From Lama guanicoe (lineage: Eukaryota), in assembly GCA_013239625.1 (NCBI GenBank), contig MU053810.1, positions 2,925,518 to 2,989,517 of the forward strand: a DNA stretch of 64,000 nt. The letters are read 5' to 3'. The notes under the pieces were generated by a model. The model was not told the origin of the DNA and did no database searches. It was given only the letters and a program-made list of their open reading frames with translations. Position numbers and translations under genes: made by a program. How positions within the stretch are numbered: the stretch's first letter is position 1; every line of letters begins with the position of its first letter. Of the stretch, positions 50,330 through 63,823 are shown piece by piece.

Positions 50330-53300
50330 TGAAATGTCTGAGTCATTTAATAATTCTATGTTTAAAATTTTGAGAAACTGACAAAACGTTTTTTCCAAAG
50401 TGGTTGCATCACTCTACCTTATATGAGGGTTTCAATTTTTCTGTATCCCCACCAACACTAATTATTTTCTGTGGCTTAAAATTATAGCCATCCTAGTGGG
50501 TGTGAAGTGACAGCTCTTCGTGGTTTTCATCACATTTCCCCAATGACTGATGATGTTGAGCCCTTTTTCATGTGCTTAGTGGCTACTTGCATATCTTCTT
50601 TAGAGAAATGTCTATTCAAATCCTGTGTCCATTTCTAATACAGTTGGTTGTCTTTTTGTTGTTGAGTTGTAAAAGTTCTTTCATCATTCTGGACCCTTTA
50701 TGTAAGTTTCCTTATCTCATATATATGATTTACAAATATTTTCTTCATTCTGTGGGTTGTCTTTTCATTTTCTTAATAGTGCCCTTTGAAGCACAAAAGT
50801 TTTCAGTTACGGTGAAGTACAATATACCTGTTTTTTTTTCTTTTATTAATGTGCTTTTGGTGTCCTATCTAAGAAACCACTGCCTAATCCAAGGTCATAA
50901 AGATTTATGCCTATGTCTTCTTCTAAGAGTTTGATTGTTTTCCTCTCCCCCCATTTTTCGGTAACAGCTTTATTGGAATGTAATTCAGATAGCATACAAT
51001 TCACCCATGTAAAGAATACAATCCCTATTCAATAATATTTAGTACATTCAGAGTTGTGCAACCATCATCACAATTTTAAAACATTTTCATCACCCCCTGA
51101 AAAAAATTCCTCTAGCATTTATCTATCATGCCCTACTTTCCCCAACCTGCAGCCTTAAGCAACCACTGATCTACTTTTGATCTCCACAGATCCGCCTGTT
51201 CTAAAAATTTCATCTAAACTATATCATACAGTATGCCGTCTTTTGTGACTGGCTCTTTCGCTTAGAATATTTTCAAAGTTCATCCATGTTGTAGCATATC
51301 AAGACTTCATGCTTTTTGATGGCTGAGGAATACCCCATCACATGAATATACCACTTTCTGTTTATCCATTCATCGGTTGATGGACATTTGGGTTATTTCT
51401 ATTTGTAGGTATTATAAACGATGCTGCTGTGAACATTTTAATTTTTACGTATTTGAGAATATCTTCATTTCTCTTTCATTTTTGATGGTCATTGTTGCTG
51501 GATAAAGAATTCTTGGTTGAGAGTTGCTTTTTTCTTCTTCCAGATATACTTAATGGTGTCTCACAGGTCTTTGAGATTCTCTTCACTTTTTTCATTCTCT
51601 TTTCTTTTCCTTAAATTAGATCAGATGAATTGATTTGTCCTCAAGCTCGCAGATTCTTCTGTTCACCTAAATCTTCTGTTGAGCCCCTGAAGTGAATTTT
51701 CATTTCAGTTACTGTACTTTTTCAACCTCAGAATTTTTATTCCTTTTAATAATTTCTATTTCTTTGTTGATATTCTTTATGTAGTGATCCATCATTCTCA
51801 CACTTTCCTGTAGTGTTTTTAGACATAATTTCCTTTAGCTCTTTGAGTATATTTAAAAATAGATGATTTAAATAAAGCCTTTGTCTAGTTAGTCCAGCAT
51901 CTGAGCTTCCTCAGGGCCAATTTCTATTGACTACTTTTTCCCCCATGTATGGGCCATACTTTCTCATTTCTTTGCACATCTCCTAATTTTTGGTTGAGAA
52001 TGGGAAATGTAAAATCATATAATGTAACAAACCTGGATATCAGATTTCCCTTCCCTCCCCAGAGGTTTGATGTTGTTTGTTTTGCTGCTGCTAATTGCGT
52101 TTGGTGGGTTTCCTGAATTAATTCTGTAAAGTCTGTATTCTTTCTCATGTGTGGACACTGAGGTCTCTATTTGGCTTTCTTACTGGGTGGTTAACAATTG
52201 TATACATAGTTCCTTAAATTCCTTGGAAGAATAAGTCTGCCAGCCCTTGCATGCATGTTGGGACATGCCTTCAATGCTCAGGTAGTCTGTTTACAACTCT
52301 GCCTTTGCCTTCACCCCCTGCTTTCACAGAGCCTCATGGTTAATCAGACGTGAGAATTTAGGGCCTGCTCTGGTCTTTCCTGGGCATGCACACTGCCCTA
52401 CACATGTGTAGCTTTCTAGATTCTCAGAAATATATCAGAGCTTTTCAAAGCTTGTTATTGACACCTCATGTTCCACTTTCTCCTTTTAAGTTTTTTGGTG
52501 AATTCGTTCTTTGTTGCAACTGTTATTACCACCTCAGGCAGCAGTGATATTAAACAATTGCCACTGATTATTTTCGACAACCACTGTGGTGGAAAATGCT
52601 GCTCATAATGGGTGAGCTCTGAGTCAGGTCAAATGAAGACAAGCCTTGTGAGTGGGATTTTCCAGGGAGCTGCCAGAGAGGTCACATAATGACAGCTATT
52701 TGGCAATGGGGCTTTGGGGGAGTGCCAACATTCTATCCCTTCCCATGGCTGCTGCACTATTGGTTTTCACCATGATTGCAGGTTTGTTTTCAAGTCTTCC
52801 CTGGAGCTGGGGAGAGGAGGAGGAGAGCAGGGTAGGTTAAAATGCCACAAATATCACTGTTCTTACCACAATTCAGTGTTTTTTCTTGAATAAACACTCT
52901 TCAAATTATTATAAACCTTTGGTTAATTTCTAGAGTTCTGAAAAAGTTGATTTTGACCATTTTTGCTAGTGTTCTTTTTCTTTCATAGAGGAATGAATTT
53001 TCAGAGGTCCTTACTCTGCCATTCCTGAAAGCCATGCTTCTTTTTTTTATTATTATTTAAAAATTTTTATTTTGAGAACATTGTGCAGTCATATAGAGTG
53101 GTAGGGAATAATACAAAGAGTCTGTATACCTTTCACCCAATTTCTCCCAAAGATAACATCGTGCATAACCAGAGCACAATATCCTACCCAGGAAATTGAT
53201 ACTGCTACAATCCACTGAGCTTACTCAGATTTTACCATTTATATGTACTCATTTGTGTGTGTGTGTGTGTGTATTCAGTCTGATGCAATTTTACCTCACG

Positions 53301-53480
53301 TGTAGATCTGTGTGACCACCACCACAACCATGATGCTTAACAATTCTATTATAAGGATCCCTCATGCTCTCCTTTTATAGCCACACAACCACCACTGCCC
53401 CCACAACCACCACTCTTAACATCTGGCAACCACTAATCTGCTCTTCACATCTATAATTTTGTCATTTCAGAAGTGTCATA
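50330..53480 (-). mobile_element. Cluster of old L1 fragments (ORF2 3' part, L1MB-type 3' end, ORF1/5' region, L1MC-type 3' end)
   Basis: Antisense L1 motifs throughout (gccatcctagtgggtgtgaagtg, aacagctttattggaatgtaattc, tgagcccctgaagtgaatttttcatttcag). Confidence 0.85.
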
Positions 53481-53862
53481 GGATATACCATACAATGAAA
53501 CATTATTCAGCAATAACAAGAAATAAAGTATTGACACCGCAACATGGATGAACCTTGAGAACATGCCAACCACAAAGGACCACATTCTGGATGATTCAAA
53601 TTATAGGAAGTGTCCAGAATAGACAAATCTGTAGAGACAGAAAGTGGATTAGTGGTTGGCTAGGGCTGGGTGGGATGGGGGAGAATGGCTGGTGATGGTT
53701 AAAAGATGCAGGGTTTGTTTTTCAGGGTAATGGAAATGTTCTAAGAGTAAAATGTGGTGGTGGCTATGTAACTCTACATATTCTAGAAACCACTGAATTG
53801 TACACTTTAAATGGGTGAATTGTATGACATGTGAATTATTTTCAATAAAGCTGTCAAAAAAA
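53481..53862 (+). mobile_element. L1MB-type 3' end
   Basis: aacatggatgaaccttgagaacat...tcaataaagctgtcaaaaaa. Confidence 0.8.
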
Positions 53863-54997
53863 GAGAATGCTGTATAAATGGAATCAGACAGTATGCAATC
53901 CCTGCTCCCACGGAGACTGGTCCTATTATTTTTAAACAAAAGTTTGGTCCCAAAGGAAATATCTGTTACCAGAAGTAGCAGATATGCATAATATATACAG
54001 TACAGAAAAGTTTATATGTAAGATATCACAGTTGAGCAGGACAAGAGGCAACTGGGCAGAACCAAAAAGGAGAGAATCTTGTTCTCTGAGGAATCTGGGT
54101 AGCATTACCACTCACATACAAATGCAATTCAGGTGGGTCTCTTTTCAAGTCTACTCCAAGGATGGGATTTCTCAACTCTCTCTGAGCCAAAGAGGGGATG
54201 GATGAAAACAAGCTGTTTCAGCTCAATTCAGATAAGATAGACTTTTATTGGAAGAGAAAGCCAGCAGCAGTGATAGCAGTACACAAACATGCTGCTTCTA
54301 GATTCACAGATAAAAACTGTGACCGAGAGAGCCTTTCTGTTCTTGGCACAGAGACTGAACACGCTCCTTTCATATGTAGCTCTTATCTCATTTTCTGTTA
54401 TTATTTCCCTCCACATTAGATCATTACAAAGCTTTCTGCTGGGAGAGCCATATTTATAGACCTCACATAATTCTTTTCTGGTGGAAATGAAGTGACTGCT
54501 TGTATACAGAATGCTGTCCCTTGATCAGTGTTATCATGATTATGGACCCTTGGTATTCAGTAGAAGTAAACTTGATTGGGTCTATATCTCAGTGTGTGAT
54601 GTAGTTTCAAAGCTAGCAATTTGGAAACTGAAAATTTTCAAAAAGAGCTCCTAAAGGTAAATTCCTTAATAATTTCAAAATAACAGGAATTCTCAATGTC
54701 TTGAAATGTATAGGTTATTTAAGTGGTATTTAACCCTTATTTGAGAAAGAGAGGGGAGAGAGAAAGAGAGAGAGGGAGCTGTCAAGGTTATTGCCATTGT
54801 TCTGACTCCAGGTTCTCTTCCACTGTGAATTGCATCTTCAACATGGAACAAAACTACATGAGTAATTTATCTATTAACTGGCTGAACAAACCCTCTTCCA
54901 CAGAGGAGTACTTTCTCTGGCACCAGAGAAATGAACTATAATAGAGATGTTTTCCAAAGTGTGGCATAAATGTTAGGATAGAGTTCACTCTCTAAAC

Positions 54998-55305
54998 CAG
55001 GAGTTGGCAAACTTCTTCTGTAAGGGGCCAGAGTCTAAATATTTTAGGCTTTGTGGGCCAAATGGTCTCTGTTGCAAATCTTCATCCCTGCCTCTGTGGC
55101 CTGAGAGTAGCCATCAGCACTAGGGAAGTGAATGAGCATGACTATGTTTCAACAAAACTTGATTTATGGATGCTGAAATTTGAATTTCATTTGATTTTCA
55201 ACAGTCATGAAATGTTTTTCTCTTGACTTTTTTTTTCTCCTAAGAAAATGTCTTAGCTCATGAGCGGGCCAGATTTGGCCTGTGATGATCAGTCTGGCAG
55301 CCCCA
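54998..55305 (+). mobile_element. MER58-type hAT-Charlie MITE
   Basis: caggagttggcaaact...gggccagatttggcc, exact 8-bp TSD CTCTAAAC at 54990-54997 and 55306-55313. Confidence 0.88.
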
Positions 55306-55344
55306 CTCTAAACTGCTGGAAGACTAGAAACACTGAAGTCTGCG

Positions 55345-55570
55345 TAACAGAGTGGTTTGGAACCCACGTTTGGAGTCAGGCAGAGGTGGGTTTGACTATT
55401 GACTCTGCCACTCACTAGTTGTGTGACCCTGGGCAAGTTACGCAACCCGCTCAAAACCTGTCCTCACCTGTACAATGAAGATGGTAACAGACACTCCATA
55501 GAATTGTTGTGAACAGAAAACGAAGTCATGCACGGATGATTAGCACATGCGAGGTCACAGTGAACCTAGT
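55345..55570 (+). mobile_element. MIR SINE
   Basis: tttggagtcaggcaga...ctctgccactcactagttgtgtgaccctgggcaagttac. Confidence 0.8.
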
Positions 55571-55649
55571 CACCGCCATAATAAGCGTCTTGAGAAGTGC
55601 CACAAAGCCTTCCCTTTCCCCGAATCTCCGCTCCTACACTGGAATTTAC

Positions 55650-56355
55650 AGCAGGATTTTTATCAAGGCAGTATCTACCAGGTCAAATCTGAGTAGTCCC
55701 CAGTCCTTATTCTCTCACCCGACCCAGTCAATTCATCAGCAAATCGCAGCTGCTCTGCCCACAGCATCTATCCAGACTCTGACCACTTCTCCGTAACTAT
55801 CACCCTGATCCATGCCGCCACCGACTTTCACCCGGTCTTCTGCTCCCACCCCAACCCCTCTATTTTCCACAAGGATGCTTTAAAAATGTAACTGGGATGA
55901 CTTCATTCCTGTTGCTCATTCCAGTCAGAGGAAAAGCCTAGGTCCTTATACATAAGCTCTCAGATCTCCCCGACTCTCCAACTGGAATGCCTTACTGCTC
56001 TTCAGACACATCAATCTTGCTCCTACTTCCCACTTAATATCTGTTCGTATTTCTTTCTGGAATGTTCTTTCCCCAGATAACCAAGTGTTTTCCATTTGAC
56101 TACTTCTTTCAGGTCTGTGGTTAAATATCATCTTGTTAGGAAAGCATTCCCTGACACTCCTTAACTCTCTTATCCTACTTGGTGGTCACACTACAACCAC
56201 TTGCCATATTTCATGTTTATTTGTGGATTGGATGCCTCTCGCCACTAGAATGTAAGCTCGTGAAAGCGGACTTTGTGTGTCGTGTTCACAGTTGCATCGT
56301 CTGTGTCTTTTAGAACAGTGCACGGCACAGAGTAGTTTCAAATTTGTTGAGCAAA
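55650..56355 (+). mobile_element. L2 3' region
   Basis: ...ccactagaatgtaagctcgtgaaagc...tagaacagtgcacggcacagagtag...tttgttga terminus. Confidence 0.8.
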
Positions 56356-57204
56356 TTATTTTATGATTTATGAATCTTTTAGAGTTTAAAGAAATACAAG
56401 TTTATTTATTAAACTTTTCCTGCTCTAAAAAATTCTGAAAAAATGAGAGCTTTTTGAGTATTTTTCTTGTATTGATTAGAACATATGTTTGGCTGCATAT
56501 AAATAAACAGCAGTTTAACAAGAAAGAAATTAATTTCTTTATTACCTAAGAGTCTAGAGGTAGGTGGTTCGGGACAATGCTCTGTGAAGTTGTCCAAATA
56601 ACCAGGCTTCCTCTACTTGGTTGCTTATGAGTCCTAAAGTACATTATTGTCCTTGTCTATGGTCCAACAGGAGGGAGGAAGGGGTAGAAAGACTCTATTT
56701 AAGGACACTTTCTATAAACTGTACAAAACACTTTCACTCACTTCTCATCATAAAATTAATCCCATTACTGCAGTCAATGGCAGGAAGGGGTGGAATATAG
56801 CCTTTCTTCCAGTGGTCATTTGCCTTCTTAAAATTCAGCCATTCTACTTCTGTAGGGGAAAAGGGGCAAATAAATATTGGGAGGGGATTAGTCTTTGTTA
56901 CAGTTCTCTGTATTTTTCCTTCTCTCATCCCAAAATATGTAGCCAAATTGAAGGGGTTCTCCCTGAAGCCCTGCTTCTCAACACACGTGTCAGAGAGATT
57001 CCCTGGGTTGTCAATACTCCCTTGCTAGATTAAGATGCTAGGAAATCACCTTTTAGTTGAATTGAATTTACCAATTGTATTGATGATTCATTTCCCCTAG
57101 ATCCACACTCTAAGAAAATGGAAGTATTTTCTAAACCTTTCAGAATATCTTCCATGGTTTCCACAGCCTAGCCCCTGAGAGCCTCTGAAATAGCCCTTCA
57201 AGGA

Positions 57205-57365
57205 CAGCTTTATGAATCTATGACCTCTGTGGTCATACGGGACCCCACACTAGGTTCATGCTCTGTTTTCTCCATCTTGAGATGCTTAGTAACATAAGCT
57301 TTGAATCTGTGCTTTGTAAGGGAAGTCCAAAGGGACGATGCAATGCACCTGAGCAGAGGCACCAT
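57205..57365 (+). mobile_element. hAT-Tip100 (Zaphod/MER91-like) fragment
   Basis: atgctctgttttctccatcttgagatgcttagtaa...tttgtaagggaagtccaaagggacgatg...gagcagagg. Confidence 0.5.
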
Positions 57366-57787
57366 ACTCTTCTCAGCCTCTGTTCTTTTTATGCTTATGC
57401 TGTCCCCTATTAGAAACTCCTGAATGTCCTAAAGTTCCAGTGCCTTGAATTGAGAGCTGCCCTAGAAAACTCTGGCTACCCCCAAGCTCCCTACTGCATC
57501 CAAATCCAGTAGTGTGTTACTTTTTCTTCACTCTTCTGATTTGCCAAGAGTTTCATGGTTCATCCTGTAGATAGATGCAATGCTTGTCTCATTTCCCTGC
57601 TTCCTTTTCTACATGGTGATTATAATGGGAATGTTTAAAAATATCAGATCTCTTTAAGTGACATTCCATCTCCAAGTCTGAACCATAAGCCATTTAATCA
57701 TCCAGGGAAGGTAGAATGGACAGATACTGAGCAAAGAGGTCACTGGCCAGCTTCATGCCCCAGGGATGACCACACTTTGGAATCAAG

Positions 57788-57856
57788 AGAGACAGACAGA
57801 CAGACAGACACATACACACACACACACACACACACAGAGACAGAGACAGACAGAGA
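57788..57856. repeat. Compound (GACA)/(CA)/(GAGACA) microsatellite
   Basis: Read directly. Confidence 0.9.
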
Positions 57857-58132
57857 AGCTTAAATCCCAGGGTTTTTTCCAGAAGACAAGCATTTTCAAA
57901 ATTCATTTATTATCTGTTACCATAAAACAGGACCAATTATTACAAATTACCTGGGCAAGAAAGTCTTACCAAGATAGAAAATGAGGAAGGAAAGCCTACC
58001 CTTTCTGGCTGTGGTAGCTTGACAGAAGGAAGTGGTGGAAGCAGGTCAGAGATTCTAGGGTATTTATTTCATGGTTTCTAGAAAAGCATCCTAGTTGGGG
58101 GAGACGAATTAAAATATCTATATTGTTATGGG

Positions 58133-58266
58133 TAGGGTAACCATATGTCTCAGTTTGCCCAAGATGGTCCTGATTCATGTTTGTTATCCCAGCATAATTA
58201 TTAACAGCTCTCCTATTTACTTTCAGAGGCATCCTGAACTTGATAATAAATCATATGGTCACCCTA
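58133..58266. mobile_element. MER94-like hAT-Blackjack MITE
   Basis: Terminal inverted repeats tagggtaaccatatg / catatggtcacccta, 134 bp long. Confidence 0.8.
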
Positions 58267-59157
58267 ATTTGGGGAGCTTGAGAAAAACTGAAGCTAGTGG
58301 CTACTTTGCTTGGCATAGCAGGGACAGTCAGCAAGACCCAGCAGGCAGAAGACTGAAGACTCAGAGATAGGGAGGGAGGTGGCTGTAGAGATGAGCCTAA
58401 GGCAGTATCCCTGGCTCCCCATGGTCTGCTTGGGGGCGGCACACGGGCTGGAAGTACTCATTGCCTGGGGGAGGGCAGCCTGGGTTCAGGATGAACTTGG
58501 TAGAGGTATTTATGAAAATTGCAGGAAACTCAAGCACATATCAAACTTAATGAGGTATTTAATGGGGGAATCTATAGAACATTCTCACTAAAGTCATGAA
58601 AAGAGAAAGATGCCTGATGCCTGTCCTTACACCTCTCTTTCAAGGATGAACAGAAGCTTCTAGCCAATGCGATAAAACAGAAGAAAAAAAAATGAAGTAA
58701 AATGTAAAGGATTATGTTCATCGCAACAGACTGTATTGCCTTAAAAGTGGCAACAATATTTCTGGTTTCACGTGCTCTTCCAGGACCTTGCCACCTTTCC
58801 ATCAAAAGTCTATGTCTCCACCCTTGGAACCAACGTGGGCCTTTGTGGCTGTCTCAACTAACAGGATATGGTAAAAGCAATTCTGTGTGACTTCTGAAGC
58901 TAGGTTATAAAAAGCAGTACAATTTCTGCCTGTCTCTTTCTCTCAGGACACAATACAGAGCCCTGAGTTCCTGTGTAGGAAATCCAGCTTTCTGAAGCTG
59001 CCGCATCAGGACAGGAGAAAACGTGTAAAGACGAGGCTTCAGAGAAACCTTAGAAATTCCAGATCTCTGCTGTTTGAGTCTTTTCAGCACAGGTGCCAGA
59101 TGTATATGAGTGAGCAAACCCCCAAATCCAGAGAGTATATTAAAAGTTTTGATATGT

Positions 59158-59300
59158 TTGGGGAGGGGTAATATAGGAGTTTGGAATTAGCAGATACAAA
59201 CTACTAAATATAAAAGAGATAAACAAGGTTCTACTGTACAGCACAGGGAACTATATTCAATATCTTTTAATCAACATAATTGAAAACAAAAACAAACAAG
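59158..59300 (+). mobile_element. Short L1 3'UTR fragment
   Basis: ggagtttggaattagcagatacaaactac...cagcacagggaactatattcaatatc followed by an A-rich end. Confidence 0.75.
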
Positions 59301-60142
59301 AAAGTTCACTTAAGGTGGTGACCACCAGATTTCTTCACTGCAGCTGCCACTTTTCTCTTTGTAATTAATAATCTCTGTGGAGATACTTTGAAACTGTAAA
59401 AAATCCTGTTCCCATCAAACTATCAATAATTTTAGCATCCACTAATGATTGTTTTTGTTTTTTGTTTTTGGACTAAATAAATTATTACTATAATGGTTGT
59501 AAAATGGTGGTTTTTCTGTTTCTGTCATTCCCTCTACCTTTACGAATTGACACCCATTCTCATCTCATCTTCCTCAACTGTCTCCCCACCCTCACCCATT
59601 GCTTTTCTTTCTCAATGTGGATTCAGGGAAGTGACAAATTCCCCCAGTATGGCTTAGCCCAGAGTCCTCTCTCTTGGGCCCTGGAATAGCCCAGCAGTCA
59701 CTGAAAGTCTCACGCCTTTTGACTGTCAGGGATTCTGCTTGAATAGTTGCAGGACCACATGTATCAGATCTGTGCTTCTCTTCTGGGGCGTTAGGAGGTG
59801 GGGAGTAATATAACCTGAATATTGAATATTCAGGAGATTCACTGATAAGACTAACAGGTTAGTAAGAGTTTCTTGTATATTTGGGAATAGTCTTCTGTGT
59901 TGTGGTTATTGCTGTTTTTAAATAAATTGTCATGTTAAACAATTATGTTGCTCATTATAAGGGTGTTTCCAGGCAAATGAGGACTTTATTCTATTTTTAC
60001 TTTTTTTTTTCCTTCTAGATGATTTTGAAAGGTACTCTGCCCTTAATTTGGTTGTTGCTGTTAACTACACAGGAGTCATTAGTTTGCAATACACATCTAA
60101 AATATGAGTTGAAGAAAGTCTGAATATATTTTGATTTAAGCA

Positions 60143-60494
60143 TGTAGTGAATGCTGTGGAGAGTGGCTTAGGCATCCCCATGGCGCCTCCCACTCCCTCG
60201 CTCTCAGCTAAATCCTCCCTGGGAACTGCCCTCAGCCAAAAAAAAGCCACTGTACCCTCCCTCCCGGAACAGCTCACAGGTGAGGACTGGACACTGTGGA
60301 GCCATCCTGACCCTGCCTCTGGGACCACTCTGAAGGGCTTGCCCAACTCCAGAGCTCCCAAAGGACTGCACCACATTTCAGCTTCTCCCTCGTGCAATCC
60401 TATTTCCTCCGCCTTCCCCATGGGTGTGGAGCCCCATGGGACTCACCCAAATCTCCATCTCAGAGTCTGTTTCCCAGGGAACCTGACTCAGTCA
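60143..60494 (+). mobile_element. LTR16-like ERVL solo LTR
   Basis: tgtagtgaatgctgt start and aaatctccatctcagagtctgtttcccagggaacc end. Confidence 0.65.
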
Positions 60495-61019
60495 GCTTCT
60501 GAAGACCCAGACGTGGAGAACTGTCCTATTAATATTTTAGTCTGTTTTTCTACAGCAGTCAGAGGATTATGTTATTTACCTGATTTCAGGAAGAGATAAT
60601 TTTGGGTGGATTTTTTTGTTTGCTTCACATACAATAGAAAAGTATTTTTGGAAAATGTGAAAATAAATAAAACTCAGAACTCAGTTTTAAAATTTGTTGC
60701 CAAGGTAATCTTATACTGGGAAATAAAAAATGTGCTTTATGAATTCATTCTCTCTCTCTATTATTAGCTTTTAAAAACAAAGTTAAAGATCCTAAAATAA
60801 TGATTTGTGAAAAACAGAGACAGAACTAAATATAAAGTAGAAGAATTGGTAGCAGTTATCTAAACTTTACCACTGTTTAGGTTCAATTATGGGAAATAGT
60901 TTCAATTAATACATATACATTCACAAATTTATATATTCATTTGTAGAATTTATATAATATACAGAAATTCTAAGATTACACCATGCTCTACAACTTAACC
61001 ACAAGTTGAGAAAGTAACT

Positions 61020-61210
61020 AATGAAATACTGAGTACTTACAGGCCTCCCACTTTACACAAATTTATTTAATTTCACAATCATATTATGAGGTAAGCATTA
61101 TTGTCCCAATTTTATAAACAAGAACATTAAGGTTCAGAAAAATTAAGCAATTCTTCTAGATCACCAAAACAGTAAGTGATGGGGTCAGAATTCTACTCAG
61201 ATCCGTGTGC
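61020..61210 (-). mobile_element. MIR SINE
   Basis: attatgaggtaagcattattgtcccaattttataaac...aaggttcaga. Confidence 0.7.
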
Positions 61211-63502
61211 TTTTAGGATTCGCATCATGATCTAACTTCATACTAAGTGTGTGGTTTCTCGTTTCTAAATGAAAGAATGGATTGGACCAGACCAGGGAGT
61301 CTGGTTCTAGAATGAAATGGGTGACAATTATGACTTTTCCTAGTTCATAGCAACTTTTATTTAGGTTTGCCCCAGTAACAAATGAGGTATAGATGTTCTT
61401 GAGAGACGCATCCCAATGGATGGACGCAGTGACAAGTGCCTCCCTTGTTTTTTGTGGAGACACGTTAGAGGTCTGGGGGGCTAAGCAAGCCTGGTGGGAG
61501 GAGCACAGGCCTGTGTGCTGGCTGACTTTTTACCGCCAGCCACGTCAGCATTCCAAGTAAGCAAAAACAACTCACACAACCGTGGATGGCAATGATTCTG
61601 AAACCGATGAAACCATGGTGGAGTTCTGAGCCTTGAAATTCTCTGCCAGTACTGGGCATTGTACATATCCTCCACTCATCAGGGCCTGGAAGTTGCCACA
61701 GGTGTCTGCTTGGGACAGCCTGTCCATGGCCACCTTCTAGAAGGCAGAACTAGCCATTTGGCCAAACTGTCACCTCAGAAACCAGGGTTCAAAGAATTCA
61801 CATCCCAAATGTAGTACTGTATAAATAAGTAATTTAAATTACATAGAACAATGACTTTTTATGGTGATATTTCATTACCTGAAGAGATTTTTACCCATTT
61901 AAAAAAATTAAAATACATTAACCAGTTACAATGGCCCAGTTCTTAGGGGATAAATTCACATAAGTTTAAAGTTGAAAAAATTTAAATGATAACATAACAT
62001 AACATAATATGACTCAAGATGTGGAAAAAACAATTGTGAATAAGTTTAGATTCCTAGGTCTAGAATCTGGTCAAAATGAAGTGGGGAATCTGAGGCAAGC
62101 AAGGACACAAAAGTAGTGATTCTTTTTATTGTCTTTCACATATAATTTCACACATAATTGTCTTTTATACATAATTCTACCACCTCCCTTTAGAGAGAGT
62201 AAAGTAAAATATTAGAACAGTTTGGATTGTTCAGCTGGGAGAAGAGAACATACAGACAACATTCTAGGTTTAAAAAAATAGTTTTCTTGAGATATAATTT
62301 GTATAAAAAGAACTGTAGATATTTAACATGAACAACTGGATGAGTTTGAACTTATGCAAACACTCGCAACACCATCACCATCATCAAAGTAACACTCATA
62401 CTCATCACCTCCCAATTTCCTTCTGTCCCTTCGTTTTTGTTTTGCTTTTTTGTTTTCTTTGGGGGCCCTTGTTCGATGGGTATAAAGTTTCAGTTATGCT
62501 AGATGAATAAATTCTAGAAATCTATGGTGCCTATATATAAAATATATATATAAAATATGGTGCCTATAATAAACAATACATATAAAATATGGTGCCTATA
62601 ATAAACAATACAGTAACGTGCACTTCAAAATATTCTGTTCTTAATTCACTATGTCAAGAAGGCTAGAATAACATGTATCTTCAAAGCCTCTCTTTTTTCC
62701 TTCTATTCTTCAAAAGGAATTAGGCTTAAACCACAGTAAGAGGGACTTACGTGGTAAATAAAAGGACAAAAGTGATTGCTTTTAGTCAAAAAATATTTTT
62801 CCTAATTGTACAAGTAATGTATATCATGTAGAAACTTAGGAAAATATTGAGGAACATAAAAACAGAATAAAGGTTGCTCAGATTCTAATCACCAAAAGAT
62901 AATTACTTTAGTGTTTCGGTGTATTTCTTTCCTTCCTTCTTTCCGGTTTTGAGTAGATAATACCTTGAGTAGTAATATGGTTCAGAAGTCAAAAGAGAAA
63001 AAGCATACACTCAAGGCATCCAGGCATGGGGTTCTCCCACCTAGACACAGCTAATGCACATTTCTTACGTATCTTTCCAAGTCTGCCCGGAGCTAACCTG
63101 TGCATATAAAAACAAACGCACGCATTTCACTTCCTTTTTCTTTTCTCAGAAATGATAGCATACTCCGTACATTGTTATGCAATTTTTTTTACTTAACAAT
63201 AGATCTTAGAGATCTTTCATGTCAATCCCCAAAGAGCTTTCTCATTTCCTTTTTCACTGCTGCTTATTCAATTCTATGCATTAATGCCATGAATTATTTG
63301 CAAAGTTTCCTTTTCAGGGATAATTATATTTTTAATAATCTTTTGCAATTACAAACAATCCTGTAGCAAGGCATCCTATTTCAAGGCCACTGTATACCTG
63401 GGAGGGTCTATCTTTGGGATAAATTCCTATGGTAAAATTATTAGGTCAAAAATTTTTGATAGATACTGCCAAACTGCCCTCCAGAATAAGTTCTGAACTC
63501 TT

Positions 63503-63626
63503 GTTTTTTTGAAGTAGGTGGAGCAGTTAGGCTTATTTCTTTATTTTTAACAAAGATCCTGGAGATTGAACCCGGGACCTCATACGTGCTAAGGATGCAC
63601 TCTACCACTGAGCTATATCCTTCCCC
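63503..63626 (-). mobile_element. Vic-1-type SINE (more diverged)
   Basis: gattgaacccgggacctcatacgtgctaag...ctctaccactgagctatatccttcccc. Confidence 0.85.
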
Positions 63627-63671
63627 TTGAATTCTTTTTTTTTTTTAATTCATGTTTTCTTTTAGACCTTT

Positions 63672-63823
63672 TAATAGTAAATTTCATGTGTCAACTTGAC
63701 TGGATAGAAAGATGTCAGATTATGAGACATCATAGCTTCTGTAATTGTGTGAGCCAATTTCTCATAATAAATCTCCTTTTTCATCCCATTGGTTCTGTTT
63801 CTTTGGCAAACCCTAACATATAC
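63672..63823 (+). mobile_element. Internally deleted MLT2-type LTR
   Basis: aatttcatgtgtcaacttgactgg start joined to tgtgagccaatttctcataataaatctc...ccctaacatataca end. Confidence 0.65.

Noticed and set aside
54198..54260. MDENKLFQLNSDKIDF, resembling the L2/CR1 RT motif WMxxNxLxLNxxKTE
   Set aside because: Too short to call. At best another ancient LINE scrap.
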